Part shown: positions 42,216 through 52,809 of the stretch, in pieces | Layout of the letters: every line of letters begins with the position of its first letter | How positions within the stretch are numbered: position 1 is the stretch's first letter | Assembly: GCA_965240325.2 (NCBI GenBank) | Contig: OZ251229.1 | Coordinates: forward strand, 2,542,001 to 2,606,000 | Length of the DNA stretch: 64,000 nt | Origin: Rebecca billardiae RCC1528 | Taxonomy: Eukaryota; Protista; Haptophyta | Reading direction: 5' to 3' | Program-made: the position numbers and the translations under genes | The notes under the pieces: generated by a model | The model's database searches: none | What the model was told of the DNA's origin: nothing | What the model saw: only the letters and a program-made list of their open reading frames with translations

Positions 42216-45200
42216 TCACATGACGGCTGCTGCATGAGTGCTGCCGTATGCGTGTGGTGACGCACGGCGAGCACCGAGTGCGCCGCCAGCCGACGTGCTG
42301 AGCATGTGCCTGAGCGCTCGCACCTCCGCCGGGCTCAGCGCCTCTTCGCGCAGAGCGGCGAGGCCGGAGGCGGCGGGCGGCGGGATCGCGACCCCCGGCG
42401 ACTTGGGACGGCCACCCGACAAGCTGTGCGCTCGCGCTGAGGCGGCCGGCGGCGGCGGCGGCGGCGGCTGCCATTCGTGCTGCGCGCCGCGCGCGGTCGC
42501 GCCGCTCGCGCCGGCCGCAGCGCGCTCGGCGCGCGCGCTGGCGTCGCGGGACGGCGACGCGTCGCGGGGGGCGAGCCCTGGTCGCGGCGTGTGCAAGCCC
42601 GACGTGCCGCCGTGCGCGCGCGCCGGGAGGGACCAGCGCAGCTCCACGGCGTGCGTGCTCTGCTCCCGGCGGCGCGCGGCGCGCGCGTGTGTCGAGAACG
42701 CAGGAGGCGCGGCGGCGGTTGCGGCGGTTGCGGCGGGCGGCGCCGAGGCACGGGCGCGCGCGGCGGCGCCGCCGCCACGCGTGCCCACCGGCGCAGGGCG
42801 GCGGGGCGGCGTCGGCGCGCTGTGCCTGCGGGTGCCCGCGGCACTGCCCGCGGCTAGGGGATGGCGGACAACCCCGCTGCCCGCCGCGGCCGCCAGCCGC
42901 GCGCGCGCCGCGGCGGCATCGGGCAAGTCCGCGCCGCCGCCGAGCGACGCGTGAAGCCGCGGCGGGAGTGACCGGCGCGCCGCGCTCGCGTCGTCATCGT
43001 CCGCGCCGCGCGCCGCCGACAGGATCCGGGCGAGCGCCGTCGATGCTCGCGAGGCGGAGGAGGCGGCGGAGGCGGGCTCGGCCGCGCCGCGCGCCGACGC
43101 CATCCCATTTGGCACACGAAGCTTGGTCGTCGTCGCCGCCGTCGGCTGCGGCCGCGGGCTCGGCGGGCCGTGCACGGCGGTGCGCGGCGTGCTGGGCGTG
43201 GTGTCAGCCGCGCGCGGCGGCGGGCGTGCGCGATCGGCCGACGCGGCGCGGCGCCGCCGCGCGCCCTCCAGCTCGGCGGCGGCCGAGTGCCGTTCCAGCG
43301 GTGGCGGCGGTGGCGTGTGCGCGCGCGCCGCGCGAGCGCCGCGCGTCGGCGTGCGCGGCGGCGTCGGGCCTTCCAGGCTGAGCGCGGCGTGCGCGTGCGC
43401 CGCGCGCGTGTCGTCGCGCGCCGCTGCGGTCGGCGCGCGCTCGGCCCAGCGGCGCGGGGGGCTGTCGTCGATAGGCGCGGTGGCGGGCCCAGCGCGCGGG
43501 GCGCCCTGGGCAAGCGGCGTGGCGGCGGCGCCGGGGGCGGCCGCGGCGCGCGCGGCGCTGAGCGCCGCGTCCGCGCGCGCCGCCATCCGCGCGCGCGCTT
43601 GCTCCAAGGCGGCGGCATGCTCGGCGGCCGCGGCCTCGCGCTCTGCCGCCAGCGCCAAGTCCACGGCCTCGCGCCGCGCCGTGCGCGCGTCCGCCGCCCA
43701 CGCGCGCCGGGCGACGGTGAGCGCGTCCGCCGCCAGGCGCTGCTCCTCCTCGCGAGCCGCGCTGACTGCGGCGGCGGCGGCGGCGGCGGCGGCGGCAGCG
43801 GGCGCGGCCGCGTTTGCGTCCGCCGCCGCCACCGCGGCGGGCGTGGCACCTGGCAGCTGTGGCTGCGGCTGCGGCTGCAGCGGCGCACGCGCCGACTCCG
43901 CCGACGGCGGCGTGGCCGGCGGCGCGTGCGCGTGCGCCGCGCGCGCCTCGGCGCGCGCGAGCTCCGATCTGAGCAGCGAGATCTCGGCGGCGTGGCGCCG
44001 CGCGGAGCCCTCCACCGCCGTGGCGGCGTCGGCGCGAGCCGCGTCGGCGGCCGCCACCCACGCCTGCCGCTGCGCCCGCCACCCACGCTCGTCCTCGTCG
44101 GCGCGCGCGCGCGCGCTCGCGCGCGCCGCCTCGAGCGCCGCGCGCGTCTCCTGCGCCGCGCGCGCGGCCATCAACTCCTGCACCGCGCGCACCCGCTCAT
44201 CCGCCTGCGCGCTGAGCGCGCGGCGCGCGGCGTCGAGGGCCGACTGCGCGTCGCGGCGCGCGGCGTCGGCGGCGCGCGCCGCGTCGGCGTCCGCGTCCGG
44301 CGCGTGCTCGGAGCCATCGCCACCAGACTGCGCGGCGGCGGCGGCGGTCTCCGCAGCCTCGGCGCTCGCGAGCGCGGCCGCGACGGCGCGCGCCGCGTCC
44401 GCGGTGAGTGCCTCGAGCTGGGCGCACAGCGCCGCCGCCGCCTCCGCGTCCGCCGCGCGCGCCAGCGCTTGGCCCGCGGCGCCGTCGCGAGCGGCGGCGA
44501 GCTCCGCGGCCGCCTCACCCGCCGCGGTCGCCGCGGCGGCGCGCGCGGCGTGGGCTGTCTCCGCCGCCGCATCCGAGTCGGCAAGTGCCGAGCGCAGCGC
44601 GGCGCTGTGCGCGAGCGCGGCCGCCGCGCGCTCGGCCGCCGCCGCCGCGTCGTCGTCCGCCGCGGCGAGCGAAGCGCACGCGGCCGCCAGCTCGGCGCCC
44701 AGCCGCGCGCGCCCGCTGCCGGCGGCGTGCGCGCCCGCGAGCGCGCTCGTGGCTGCGGCCGCCTCCACACGAGCCTCCTCCGCCGCGCGCGCGCTGCCCT
44801 CCGCCGCGAGCTCCAGGCTGCGCACGCGCGCGCGCAGCGCCTGCACGCTCGCGTCCGCGTCGGCGCGCGCTCGCCAGATCGCCAATGCGCGCGGCGAGCT
44901 CGCGGCCGCGTCGTCGGCGCCGCCGCCATTCGGGTTAGGGTTAGGGTTAGGGTTAGGGTCGTCGGCGGACGAGTGGCTCACGTCGGTGTCCGCGTTGTCG
45001 TCGCGCCCGCGCTCGTCGACAGCGCCCGCCTCGCGCGGCGGCGCCGTGTCGTCGTCGGCGTCGGCGTCGGCGCGTGGCTCTGTCTGAGTGTGCGCGTGCG
45101 CGCGCGCGCGCGCAGGCGGCACGCGCGCGCTGGCCGCGGGCGGAGGTGACACGGGCAAAACGTGCGCGGCCGCGGCGCCTTCGCCCGTCGTCGGCGGCGG

Positions 45201-48200
45201 CGGCGGCGGGCCGCGGCGCACGCCGTGGCGCGGCGGTGTGAGCGCGGGCACGGCCGAGCGCGGCACCTCAGCGGGCGGGACGGCGCCCTCGCGCGGGTGC
45301 GCGTCCGCGCGACTGCCGCCCGGCGCGCCGTCGCCGCGCCGCTGGCCGCGCGGCTGCGGCGGCCGCGGCGGCGGCTGCGGCGACGGGGCGCCGGCGAGCG
45401 CGCGCGCTGCCTCGCCCTGGCCATCAAGGGCAGAGGCGCCGTCGTCGTCCGGCGTTCGACGCCGCGGCGACGCGCGCGGCGTGCGGTGCGGCGAGGCGGC
45501 ACCATCGCCTTCGCCCTCGCCCTCGCCCGCGCCCGCGCCCGCGCTCGCGCCCGCTGCGCCCGCGCCCGCGCCGGCGCCGGAGCCGGCAGCGGCGCGACCG
45601 CGCGCGCCGCCATCGCTGTGCGGACCTACCACGTCGGCGGCCGGCTCGACGCCCGTCTCGATCAGGTGGCCCGTGTGCCCGCGCCAGCTCGCCGCGCTCG
45701 TCGCGGCGGAGGCGACCGAGCCGCCCGCCTGCGACGCGGCCGCCGAGTCCACCGCCGCCGCCGCCTCCGTCCGCGCGCCGGCCGCGCCGGCGCGCCCAGA
45801 CTGCAGCGGCGAGGGTCGGCCGCGGGGCGATGGCGGCGCGCTGCCGTCGGCGGCTCGTGGGAGGGTCGAGGGGCCGGCGGGTGCGCTCGCGCGCGCGGCG
45901 GCCGGCTTGGAGGGCTCGTCCACGCCGCCGCCGCCGCCATCGCTCTTCCGGCCGCCGCCGCCGCCCTCGCCGCCGTCAGCGCGGTCGCCGTCCCCGAGCG
46001 CGCTCGCGCGCGCCTCGGCAGCGAGCGCGCGCGCGCGCTCGCGGCGGATCTCTGCGCGCAGCAGCGCGGCGCGCTCGACCGCCTCGTGCCGGACGTGCAG
46101 CAGCTCGGCCTCCCACTCCGTCCGCGCGGCGGCCAGCTCGGCCGCCGCCGCGTCCGCCGCGCCCGCCGCGCGCGCCTCGGCGGCACACAGCGCTTCCCGC
46201 GCTCTCACAACGCCCGCCTCGGCCGCGGCGGTGCGCGCGTCGGCGGCGCGCGCCGCGGCGTGCGCGCCGTCGCGCTCCGCGCTGAGCGCGGCGATCGCGG
46301 CGTGCGCGCGCTCGATCTCGACGCGCGCCGGCGCGAGCTGCGCCTCCGCCGCCAGCGCGCGCTCGCCCACCGCGCGCATCGCCGAGGCGGCCGCCTCCGA
46401 GTCCGCCGCCGCCGCAACCAGCGCGCCGCGCAACTGCATTCGCTCGTCAGCGTCGGCGCGCGCGGCGGCGGCGGCGCGCGCGAGCGTCTCGCGCGCGTCG
46501 CGCGCGTCGGGCTCGGGCTCGGGCTGGGCGGGCTCGGAGCCCGGGTCGCCCTCGCTCGGCGCGCGCGCGCGCGAGGCGCGCGCCGCCGCGGCGGCCGCCT
46601 CCGCCTCGGCGGCGGCGCGCTCGGCCGCGGCGCGCGCGGCGCGCTCGGCGGCGAGCTCGGCGCGCGCCGCGGCGAGCTCGGCAAGGGCTGGGTGTTGGTC
46701 GTCGTGCCGGGCGTCGTCGTCGCGCGGCGCGGCGTGCGGCACGAGCGCGCGCGGCGACTGCTCTGCGCCGCGCACGCCGTCGAGCGCGCGCCGCGCGCGC
46801 GCCGCCGGGCCCGCCTCCTCCGACGCCTCACGAGCCGCGTCGCGCGCCGCGCGCGCCTCGGCGCGCGCGCTCTGTAGCTGCGCGCGCAGAGAGCCCAGGG
46901 CGTGCGCGTGCGCGGCGCGCAGGCCCTCGAGCTGGCCCTCGTACTCGTGCGCGCGCGCGTCGGCCTGCGCCTCCGCGCCCGCGCCGCCCGACCCCGCTCC
47001 GACCCCGCCGACCCCGCCGACAGCGCCGCGCGCCGCGCTCGGCGCGGACGGCGCAGAGGCGGCACGCACGGTCATCAGCTCGGCGCGGAGGCCGTCGGTG
47101 GTCGCGCGCTCGAGGTCGAGCGCGCGGCTGAGCGCGGCGGCGTCGGCCTCGGCGTCGCTCGCGCGGCCCGTCGCGCGTACGAGCTCGCCCGCCAGCCGCG
47201 CCGCCTCCGCGCGCGCGTCCTCGCACGCCGCCTCCGCCGCGTCCGCGCGCGAGCGGCTCTCGGCGAGCGCGGCGCGCGCCTCCGTCAGCTGCGCCGCCGT
47301 GTCCGCGAGCGCGACCGCGCTCTCGTCGGCGCGCGCGTGGGCGGAGTGGCGCGTGGCGTCGAGCTCGCGCGCGCGGCTGGAGACGAGCGCGTGCGCGTGC
47401 GCCAGCTCGTGGTGCAGCCGCTCGATCTCCGCGCGCACCGCCTCGTCCGCCGCGAGCCGCCCCTGGCCGCCCATTCGAGACTCGAGTTCTGAGGCGCGCG
47501 ACGCGCGCAGCTCGGCGCGCATCTGCGCGATGCGCTCGTTGGCGAGCTCGGCCACGTCGCCGCGGACGGCGCGGAGCAGGGCGTCCACGTCGAGCCCCTC
47601 GCCCTCCGCCAGCAGCCCCGCCGCGCCCGCGCACGAGCGCACCAGCGGCTCGAGCTCCGTCAACTGCCAGCCAAGCTCGTCCGCGCGAGCGCTCGCGTGC
47701 GTGTGTGCGGACGCCTGCGCGTCGAGCTCGGCGTGCGCGTCGGCGAGCGCGCGCTGCGTGCCGTCGAGCTGGAGCCGGAGCGACGTCAGCTGCCGCCGGA
47801 GCCGCAGCACGTCGCCGACGGGCAGCAGCGCGAGCTTCGCCTCGCGCGGCACCGGAACTGTCGGCGTGCGGGCGACGAGCGCGCGCCCGCCGCCGTGCTC
47901 GGCGGGCGCGCGCAGCGCGCCCTCGCGCGCGTCGTCGATGGCATCGTCACCGATCCAGTCGGCATCGTCGCCCAAGCCGTCGTCGTCGCCGCCGCCACTG
48001 ACGGACCCGCCACCTCCGATCGCGCCGTGGGCGGTGGCGGAGGCGCGCGCGGGCGACGCCCGCGCGCGCGTGTCGCCCGCCGCCGTCCAGACGGGCGAGC
48101 CCACCTCGGCGACGCGCTCATCCTGCTCGGGCGTGTCGGGCGTCGCGGGCGAGCGCTGCGCCAGCGCCCGGCCACCGTCGCGCGACGGCGCGGGCGTCGC

Positions 48201-48236
48201 CATGGGCGCCGCGCTCGTGCATGCCGCCACGGGCAT
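42216..48236 (-). CDS. Large Ala-rich coiled-coil protein of unknown function (start 48236 or 48203)
   Basis: About 2000 open codons with extended heptad segments (LRRQLTSLRLQLDGTQRAL; VRAEIERLHHELAH). Confidence 0.65.
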   Translation of the reverse strand: MPVAACTSAAPMATPAPSRDGGRALAQRSPATPDTPEQDERVAEVGSPVWTAAGDTRARASPARASATAHGAIGGGGSVSGGGDDDGLGDDADWIGDDAIDDAREGALRAPAEHGGGRALVARTPTVPVPREAKLALLPVGDVLRLRRQLTSLRLQLDGTQRALADAHAELDAQASAHTHASARADELGWQLTELEPLVRSCAGAAGLLAEGEGLDVDALLRAVRGDVAELANERIAQMRAELRASRASELESRMGGQGRLAADEAVRAEIERLHHELAHAHALVSSRARELDATRHSAHARADESAVALADTAAQLTEARAALAESRSRADAAEAACEDARAEAARLAGELVRATGRASDAEADAAALSRALDLERATTDGLRAELMTVRAASAPSAPSAARGAVGGVGGVGAGSGGAGAEAQADARAHEYEGQLEGLRAAHAHALGSLRAQLQSARAEARAARDAAREASEEAGPAARARRALDGVRGAEQSPRALVPHAAPRDDDARHDDQHPALAELAAARAELAAERAARAAAERAAAEAEAAAAAARASRARAPSEGDPGSEPAQPEPEPDARDARETLARAAAAARADADERMQLRGALVAAAADSEAAASAMRAVGERALAAEAQLAPARVEIERAHAAIAALSAERDGAHAAARAADARTAAAEAGVVRAREALCAAEARAAGAADAAAAELAAARTEWEAELLHVRHEAVERAALLRAEIRRERARALAAEARASALGDGDRADGGEGGGGGRKSDGGGGGVDEPSKPAAARASAPAGPSTLPRAADGSAPPSPRGRPSPLQSGRAGAAGARTEAAAAVDSAAASQAGGSVASAATSAASWRGHTGHLIETGVEPAADVVGPHSDGGARGRAAAGSGAGAGAGAAGASAGAGAGEGEGEGDGAASPHRTPRASPRRRTPDDDGASALDGQGEAARALAGAPSPQPPPRPPQPRGQRRGDGAPGGSRADAHPREGAVPPAEVPRSAVPALTPPRHGVRRGPPPPPPTTGEGAAAAHVLPVSPPPAASARVPPARARAHAHTQTEPRADADADDDTAPPREAGAVDERGRDDNADTDVSHSSADDPNPNPNPNPNGGGADDAAASSPRALAIWRARADADASVQALRARVRSLELAAEGSARAAEEARVEAAAATSALAGAHAAGSGRARLGAELAAACASLAAADDDAAAAAERAAAALAHSAALRSALADSDAAAETAHAARAAAATAAGEAAAELAAARDGAAGQALARAADAEAAAALCAQLEALTADAARAVAAALASAEAAETAAAAAQSGGDGSEHAPDADADAARAADAARRDAQSALDAARRALSAQADERVRAVQELMAARAAQETRAALEAARASARARADEDERGWRAQRQAWVAAADAARADAATAVEGSARRHAAEISLLRSELARAEARAAHAHAPPATPPSAESARAPLQPQPQPQLPGATPAAVAAADANAAAPAAAAAAAAAAAVSAAREEEQRLAADALTVARRAWAADARTARREAVDLALAAEREAAAAEHAAALEQARARMAARADAALSAARAAAAPGAAATPLAQGAPRAGPATAPIDDSPPRRWAERAPTAAARDDTRAAHAHAALSLEGPTPPRTPTRGARAARAHTPPPPPLERHSAAAELEGARRRRAASADRARPPPRAADTTPSTPRTAVHGPPSPRPQPTAATTTKLRVPNGMASARGAAEPASAASSASRASTALARILSAARGADDDDASAARRSLPPRLHASLGGGADLPDAAAARARLAAAAGSGVVRHPLAAGSAAGTRRHSAPTPPRRPAPVGTRGGGAAARARASAPPAATAATAAAPPAFSTHARAARRREQSTHAVELRWSLPARAHGGTSGLHTPRPGLAPRDASPSRDASARAERAAAGASGATARGAQHEWQPPPPPPPAASARAHSLSGGRPKSPGVAIPPPAASGLAALREEALSPAEVRALRHMLSTSAGGALGARRASPHAYGSTHAAAVM

Positions 48237-48654
48237 ACTCGCTGCGCTTGGGCGCGACAGCCCCTGCCCACACGTGCAGCCGCCCGCCGCAGCGCCAACC
48301 GTGCTTTGCCCGACCGGCGGCGCGCACGCACGGCGCTTTTGCTTGCCCACTCTGGCTCTCCGGCGCGCGACGTGCAGGACTGGTGCGGGGGCGACCAACG
48401 GCTGGTCGCTTCTCGCCCCTTTTGGCGAGTCCTGGCCAGCAGAAGGGTACCGATCCGGGCAAGTGCGCGAAGGGCCGCCATCGTTCGAGTAGTAGCTACC
48501 CTTTTTAACGGCTTCGAGCTCGCCCTGGCGGTGGGTGAAGGCCCGCGCGAGGAGCTCCGTTGCCGCCGGTCGCTTCGGCGGTGGTAGCGCGTGCGGCGCG
48601 GCGCGAAGGGGCGCGAGCGGCGCGTGAGCGCGGCGTGTCGACGGCCCTGCGCCG

Positions 48655-50300
48655 ATGGCGGACCATGCGAAGGGCATCTGCTTCGACTGCTCGAAGAGCG
48701 AGGCGTACACGCCGCAGTCGGGCCTGAAGCACTGGCGGCGCAAGCTGCAGGGGACTGTGAAGATCTTCATCAACAAGGACCCGATCACGCTGGACCGGCT
48801 GCGCGAGGCGGCGTGCTACGTCTTCGTCGCGCCGCAGGAGTTCTTCTCCGCCGAGGAGTTCGACGCGATGCGCGCGTATCTCGCCGAGGGCGGCTCGCTC
48901 ATGTTCATGCTCTCGGCGGGCGGCGAGGCGCGGCTCGGCACCAACCTGAACTACTTCTTCGAGGAGTACGGCATCGCGGTGAACGCGGACACGGTGGTGC
49001 GCACCGTGTACTACAAGTACCTCCACCCGAAGGAGGTGTACATCTCGAACGGCGTGCTCAACCGCGGGATCAACGCGGCGGCGGGCAAGCGGCTGAAGGA
49101 GGCGACGGGCGGCGCGCTCACGCAGTCCATCTCCGAGCCCGGGCCGAACTCGAACCTGGCGTTCGTCTACCCGTACGGCGCGTCGATCACCGTGCAGAAG
49201 CCCGCGTACGCCGTGCTCTCCTCCGGCCACATCTCCTTCCCGCTCAACCGGCCGGTGTGCGCGCTGCACGAGGCGGCGAGCGGCGGGCGGCTGTGCGTGC
49301 TCGGCTCAGCGCACATCTTTGAGGACAGCTGGTTCGACAAGGACGAGAACGGCAAGCTGGCGGACGTGCTGGTGAAGTGGCTGCTCTCGCTCGACGGCGT
49401 CGACATGGACCCGCTCGACAAGGACGACATGGAGCTCACCGAGTTCCACCAGGTGCCCGACACGGAGTCGCTCGCCGAGCGTCCGCGCTGCTGCCTCGAG
49501 GACACCGAGGACGTGACGAAGGACTTCACCACGCTCTTCGACGAGAGCCTGTTCAAGTTCGACACGTCGCTGATCCCCGAGGCGGTGCAGCTGTACAAGG
49601 TGCGCGCGGGCGCGCGCGCGCGCCCCCCCGCGCGCCCGCCCGCGCCTGCTTGCACACGCGCGCGCGTGCGCCGCTTCGCGCGCGCCTCTCCTGACCAGCA
49701 CACGCGCACTGCCTGCCGGGCTGGCTGGCGGGATGGCGGGCTGTCGCGTCCTCGCGCGCAGCAATTCGAGGTGAAGCACGAGCCGCTCTCACTCATCCCG
49801 CCCGAGTTTGAGACGCCGCTGCCGCCGCTGCAGCCAGCGGTGCGCGCGCGCGCGCCGCTGCCGCTGCCGCCGCGTCGCGCCAACGCGCGTGCGCCAGCGC
49901 GCGCGTGAGCCGGCCGCGCTGACCGCCACGTCCGCACGCGCCGACGGCGCGCCCGGCGTCGCGCCGCCTCGCGCAGGTCTTCCCGCCGTCGATCAGGGAA
50001 CCGCCGCCGCCCGCGCTCGACCTCTTCGACCTCGATGACCACTTCGCCTCGGAGCGCGCGCGGCTGGCGCACCTGACGAACAAGTGCTCCGAGGATGACC
50101 TGGAGTACTACATCCGCGAGGCCGGCAGCGTGCTCGGCGTGACCCAAACGCTGCCTCCGGAGCACCGCAACGCGCGGCACGTGCTGCAGCACATCTTCTT
50201 CCAGATCGTCGAATGGAAGAAGCTCAACCAGGAGCCGGAGGCGATGGAGCGCTTCCGGAAGCTCAACGGCGTCGCGGTCTCCGGGAACGCCAAGAAGTGA
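48655..50300 (+). CDS. IFT52: Intraflagellar transport protein 52; exons 48655-49599, 49762-49839, 49977-50300
   Basis: FDCSKSE, TNLNYFFEEYGI..VVRTVYYKYLHPKE, FVYPYGA, FPLNRP, KHEPLSLIPPEFETPLPPLQPAVFPP, LDLFDLDDHFASE..LAHLTNKC. Confidence 0.95.
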
Positions 50301-50520
50301 TGCAGTCTGCCGCGGCCTCGCCGACCGCCCCGATGCCAGCGCCCGCGCGCCGCCGGCGACCATCGGAGCGACCGTTCGGACTGCTGTCGCCATCGGCGAT
50401 CGCTGCGCTCGAGCTAGGAGTCCCGGTGGTGCACGGCCGACGACGACAACGGCTTGCGCAAGCTCGGTGATTGTCTGTGGCCATGGCCCATGATGGACTT
50501 GAGTCTAATAACACTAGTAA

Positions 50521-50572
50521 CAGTTTACTCTACAAGATAAGACGCACACGGCACACAGCTTAGGGAGGCGAG
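50521..50572. mobile_element. Degenerate TIR of the TA|CAGTTTACT MITE family
   Basis: cagtttact..ataagacgcacac..cacacagcttagggaggcgag. Confidence 0.6.
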
Positions 50573-50863
50573 TACCCCCATAAAGTAGTACGTACCATAA
50601 ATGGCGGGCCGTTAATATACTGCTGTTTAAACAGATCGATGTCGTAGTCGTAACTCGTCGGCTCATTACTCATAATCAAAGTTGCTGGCAACGCTCGTGA
50701 TCTCCGTAGTAATCTGATTATTACTTTTCGTCGGATCCACTCTATTTCGCTTTCGCGATCCACAGGGCGGCTCACTCTGCGGCGCTCACGAACCGCGTCG
50801 TCGCCTGGCAGGGCATCTTCCAATAGCCCCTCGCGCCGGGCGCGTCAGCATCGCCAGGGCGGC

Positions 50864-52450
50864 ATGATCGAGTACGCGAAGTATGGCTACGGCATCTACT
50901 GGGCGTCCTGGACCGGCTCCGTGCTCTACTCCACCGCGCCCAAGGCCATGTTGGCCGGCGTGTTTGCCGTTCTGTTCAAGCAGATGCTGCACGTGGACAC
51001 GGAGCACTACATCGTGCACCCGGCCGCGTACTTCAACAGCTACTCGATCATCCTTGGCTTCCTCATCGGTGTGCGCAGGCCCAGCTCCCGCGCGCCCACG
51101 CCACACGTCACCTGTCACCTGCGTGCGCCGCGCGCCGACGCTCACCGCGCGCCCGCCCCTCTCCTGCTGCCGCGCGCGCCGCCAGTCTTCCGCACCAACA
51201 TGGCGCACTCGCGCTTCTGGGAGGGCCGGACGCAGGTGGCGCAGTTCCACTCCAAGCTGGGCGACGTGATCACCATGTCCGCCACCTTTGTGCTCAGCGA
51301 GGAGCTCGAGGCGCGCCAGTGGAAGTCGGACATGGCACAACTATGCATGCTGTACGAGATGCTAGCGATGGCGCACCTGCGCGGCGTGGTCGACTTCTCG
51401 TCGCCGATGCTGCTGGGGATCTGCACGCCGCGCCAGCTGCAGATGCTGCGCGACACCTTCGAGCCGCACGCGATGTGCAACCTGTGGATCTTCCAGATGC
51501 TCGTGCAGCGGCAGCGCAAGCACGGACCGGGCGGCATCGACGTGTCGCCGCCGGTGATGGCGCGCGTGATCCACGTGCTGTCCGAGGCGTCGCTCGCGCT
51601 GGCGAACGCGAAGAAGGTGACGGACACGCCGTTCCCGTTCCCGTACGCCCAGCTGCTCACCTTCTTCCTCGGCGTCTTCCTCGTCACCTGCCCGCTCGTG
51701 ATCGGCACATTCATCCAGTCGGTGATCATGACGATGATCGTGTCCATGCTCTCGGTCTGGGCGTTCTACGCGATCAACCGCGTCGCGATCGAGATCGAGG
51801 ACCCGTTCGGCACGGACTCGAACGACCTGCCGCTCGCGCGGTACGTGCACGAGTTCCAGTCGCGCATCTTCACCCTCGGCATCCCGCTCGTCACGCTTGA
51901 GGCCGACGACGAGCCAGAGCAGCAGGTGAAGGTGACGCGCTCGTTCAGCGGCGTGCGGGCGCCAGGGACTCGGCGGCTGAGCAGCCCGCCCGTGGCGCGC
52001 GGGGTGAGGCGACTGGTGACGGTCAAGTACGAGGCGCGCGACCTGCAGCTCTCGGGGCCGCCGGAGGCGGCCGCCGGGCACCTGCCTACGGTGCACGGCT
52101 CCCAGCTCGCCGTCAACGAGGGTATGGCCCCGGCGCAGCCGCCCGCGGGGCAGACGCCCCGAGCAGCCGACCACACGCGCACGCGCTTCATGCCGCCGCG
52201 GTTGGACGCGGCCGGTCTGAAGGCCAGCCTGGCCTCGGCGCACGGCAACTTCTCGTTCGCGCTGGCGAAGAAGTACACGCCGTCGAGCCGACTGCCCGCG
52301 TTCGAGCGCACCGCGACGGAGCGCGCGCTGCCCGTCACCCACAGCCACAGCGCGGCTGCCATGTCGAGCCACAAATCGTCCGGGCGCAGCGCCGCTGGCA
52401 GCAGCGGCGGCAAGCTCATTCAGTCGCGCGGCGTCGCTGTGCTCACCTGA
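50864..52450 (+). CDS. Bestrophin-like (UPF0187/RFP-TM) anion channel; intron 51069-51185
   Basis: Spliced LGFLIVFRTNMAHSRFWEGR; TPFPFPYAQL; EIEDPFGTDSNDLPL. Confidence 0.9.
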   Translation: MIEYAKYGYGIYWASWTGSVLYSTAPKAMLAGVFAVLFKQMLHVDTEHYIVHPAAYFNSYSIILGFLIGVRRPSSRAPTPHVTCHLRAPRADAHRAPAPLLLPRAPPVFRTNMAHSRFWEGRTQVAQFHSKLGDVITMSATFVLSEELEARQWKSDMAQLCMLYEMLAMAHLRGVVDFSSPMLLGICTPRQLQMLRDTFEPHAMCNLWIFQMLVQRQRKHGPGGIDVSPPVMARVIHVLSEASLALANAKKVTDTPFPFPYAQLLTFFLGVFLVTCPLVIGTFIQSVIMTMIVSMLSVWAFYAINRVAIEIEDPFGTDSNDLPLARYVHEFQSRIFTLGIPLVTLEADDEPEQQVKVTRSFSGVRAPGTRRLSSPPVARGVRRLVTVKYEARDLQLSGPPEAAAGHLPTVHGSQLAVNEGMAPAQPPAGQTPRAADHTRTRFMPPRLDAAGLKASLASAHGNFSFALAKKYTPSSRLPAFERTATERALPVTHSHSAAAMSSHKSSGRSAAGSSGGKLIQSRGVAVLT

Positions 52451-52730
52451 CTGCTCCGCTCGTCCCGACGACGTTGTGTGCGCGGACGTGCCGCGTGCCC
52501 GGGCAGGCGCCGACTGTTGCCGCCATCCGACACGCGGCGGACGCGAGCCCGCGGCCCACAGCCCGTGCGGCAAGACCGCCACCCTTTAGCTGGGGAGGTC
52601 CGAGATCAGAACTCCTTGACAGTAGTCAGTACCGTACTCAGTCTTAGAAGTATCCACACTGTACAGTCTTTAGTGAGGTGACCGTCGGCCTGGCCGCAGT
52701 TACCATAATGAGCGCGTCGGACCAGGCGCT

Positions 52731-52788
52731 TACAGTTTACTAAGAATAAGAGACGCACACAGCTCAGGCAGGCGAGATTACAGTTTAC
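52731..52788. mobile_element. Consensus-like left TIR of the MITE family, followed by a second TACAGTTTAC start
   Basis: TACAGTTTACTAAGAATAAGAGACGCACACAGCTCAGGCAGGCGAGAT is the reverse complement of 8230-8277. Confidence 0.8.
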
Positions 52789-52809
52789 CAAGTTATTTAT
52801 TCGAGCAGC

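Noticed and set aside
49600-51185. Stop-free 3n introns (IFT52 162 nt, bestrophin 117 nt, also SPX intron 3, 165 nt) as regulated retention
   Set aside because: Expected by chance in short, very GC-rich introns; splicing restores conserved motifs in IFT52 and bestrophin
52731-52778. Motif as a Nextera/Tn5 adapter or a spliced-leader relic
   Set aside because: Shares only ATAAGAGAC with the Tn5 mosaic end; copies are diverged, occur in both orientations relative to genes, and form a TA-flanked inverted pair
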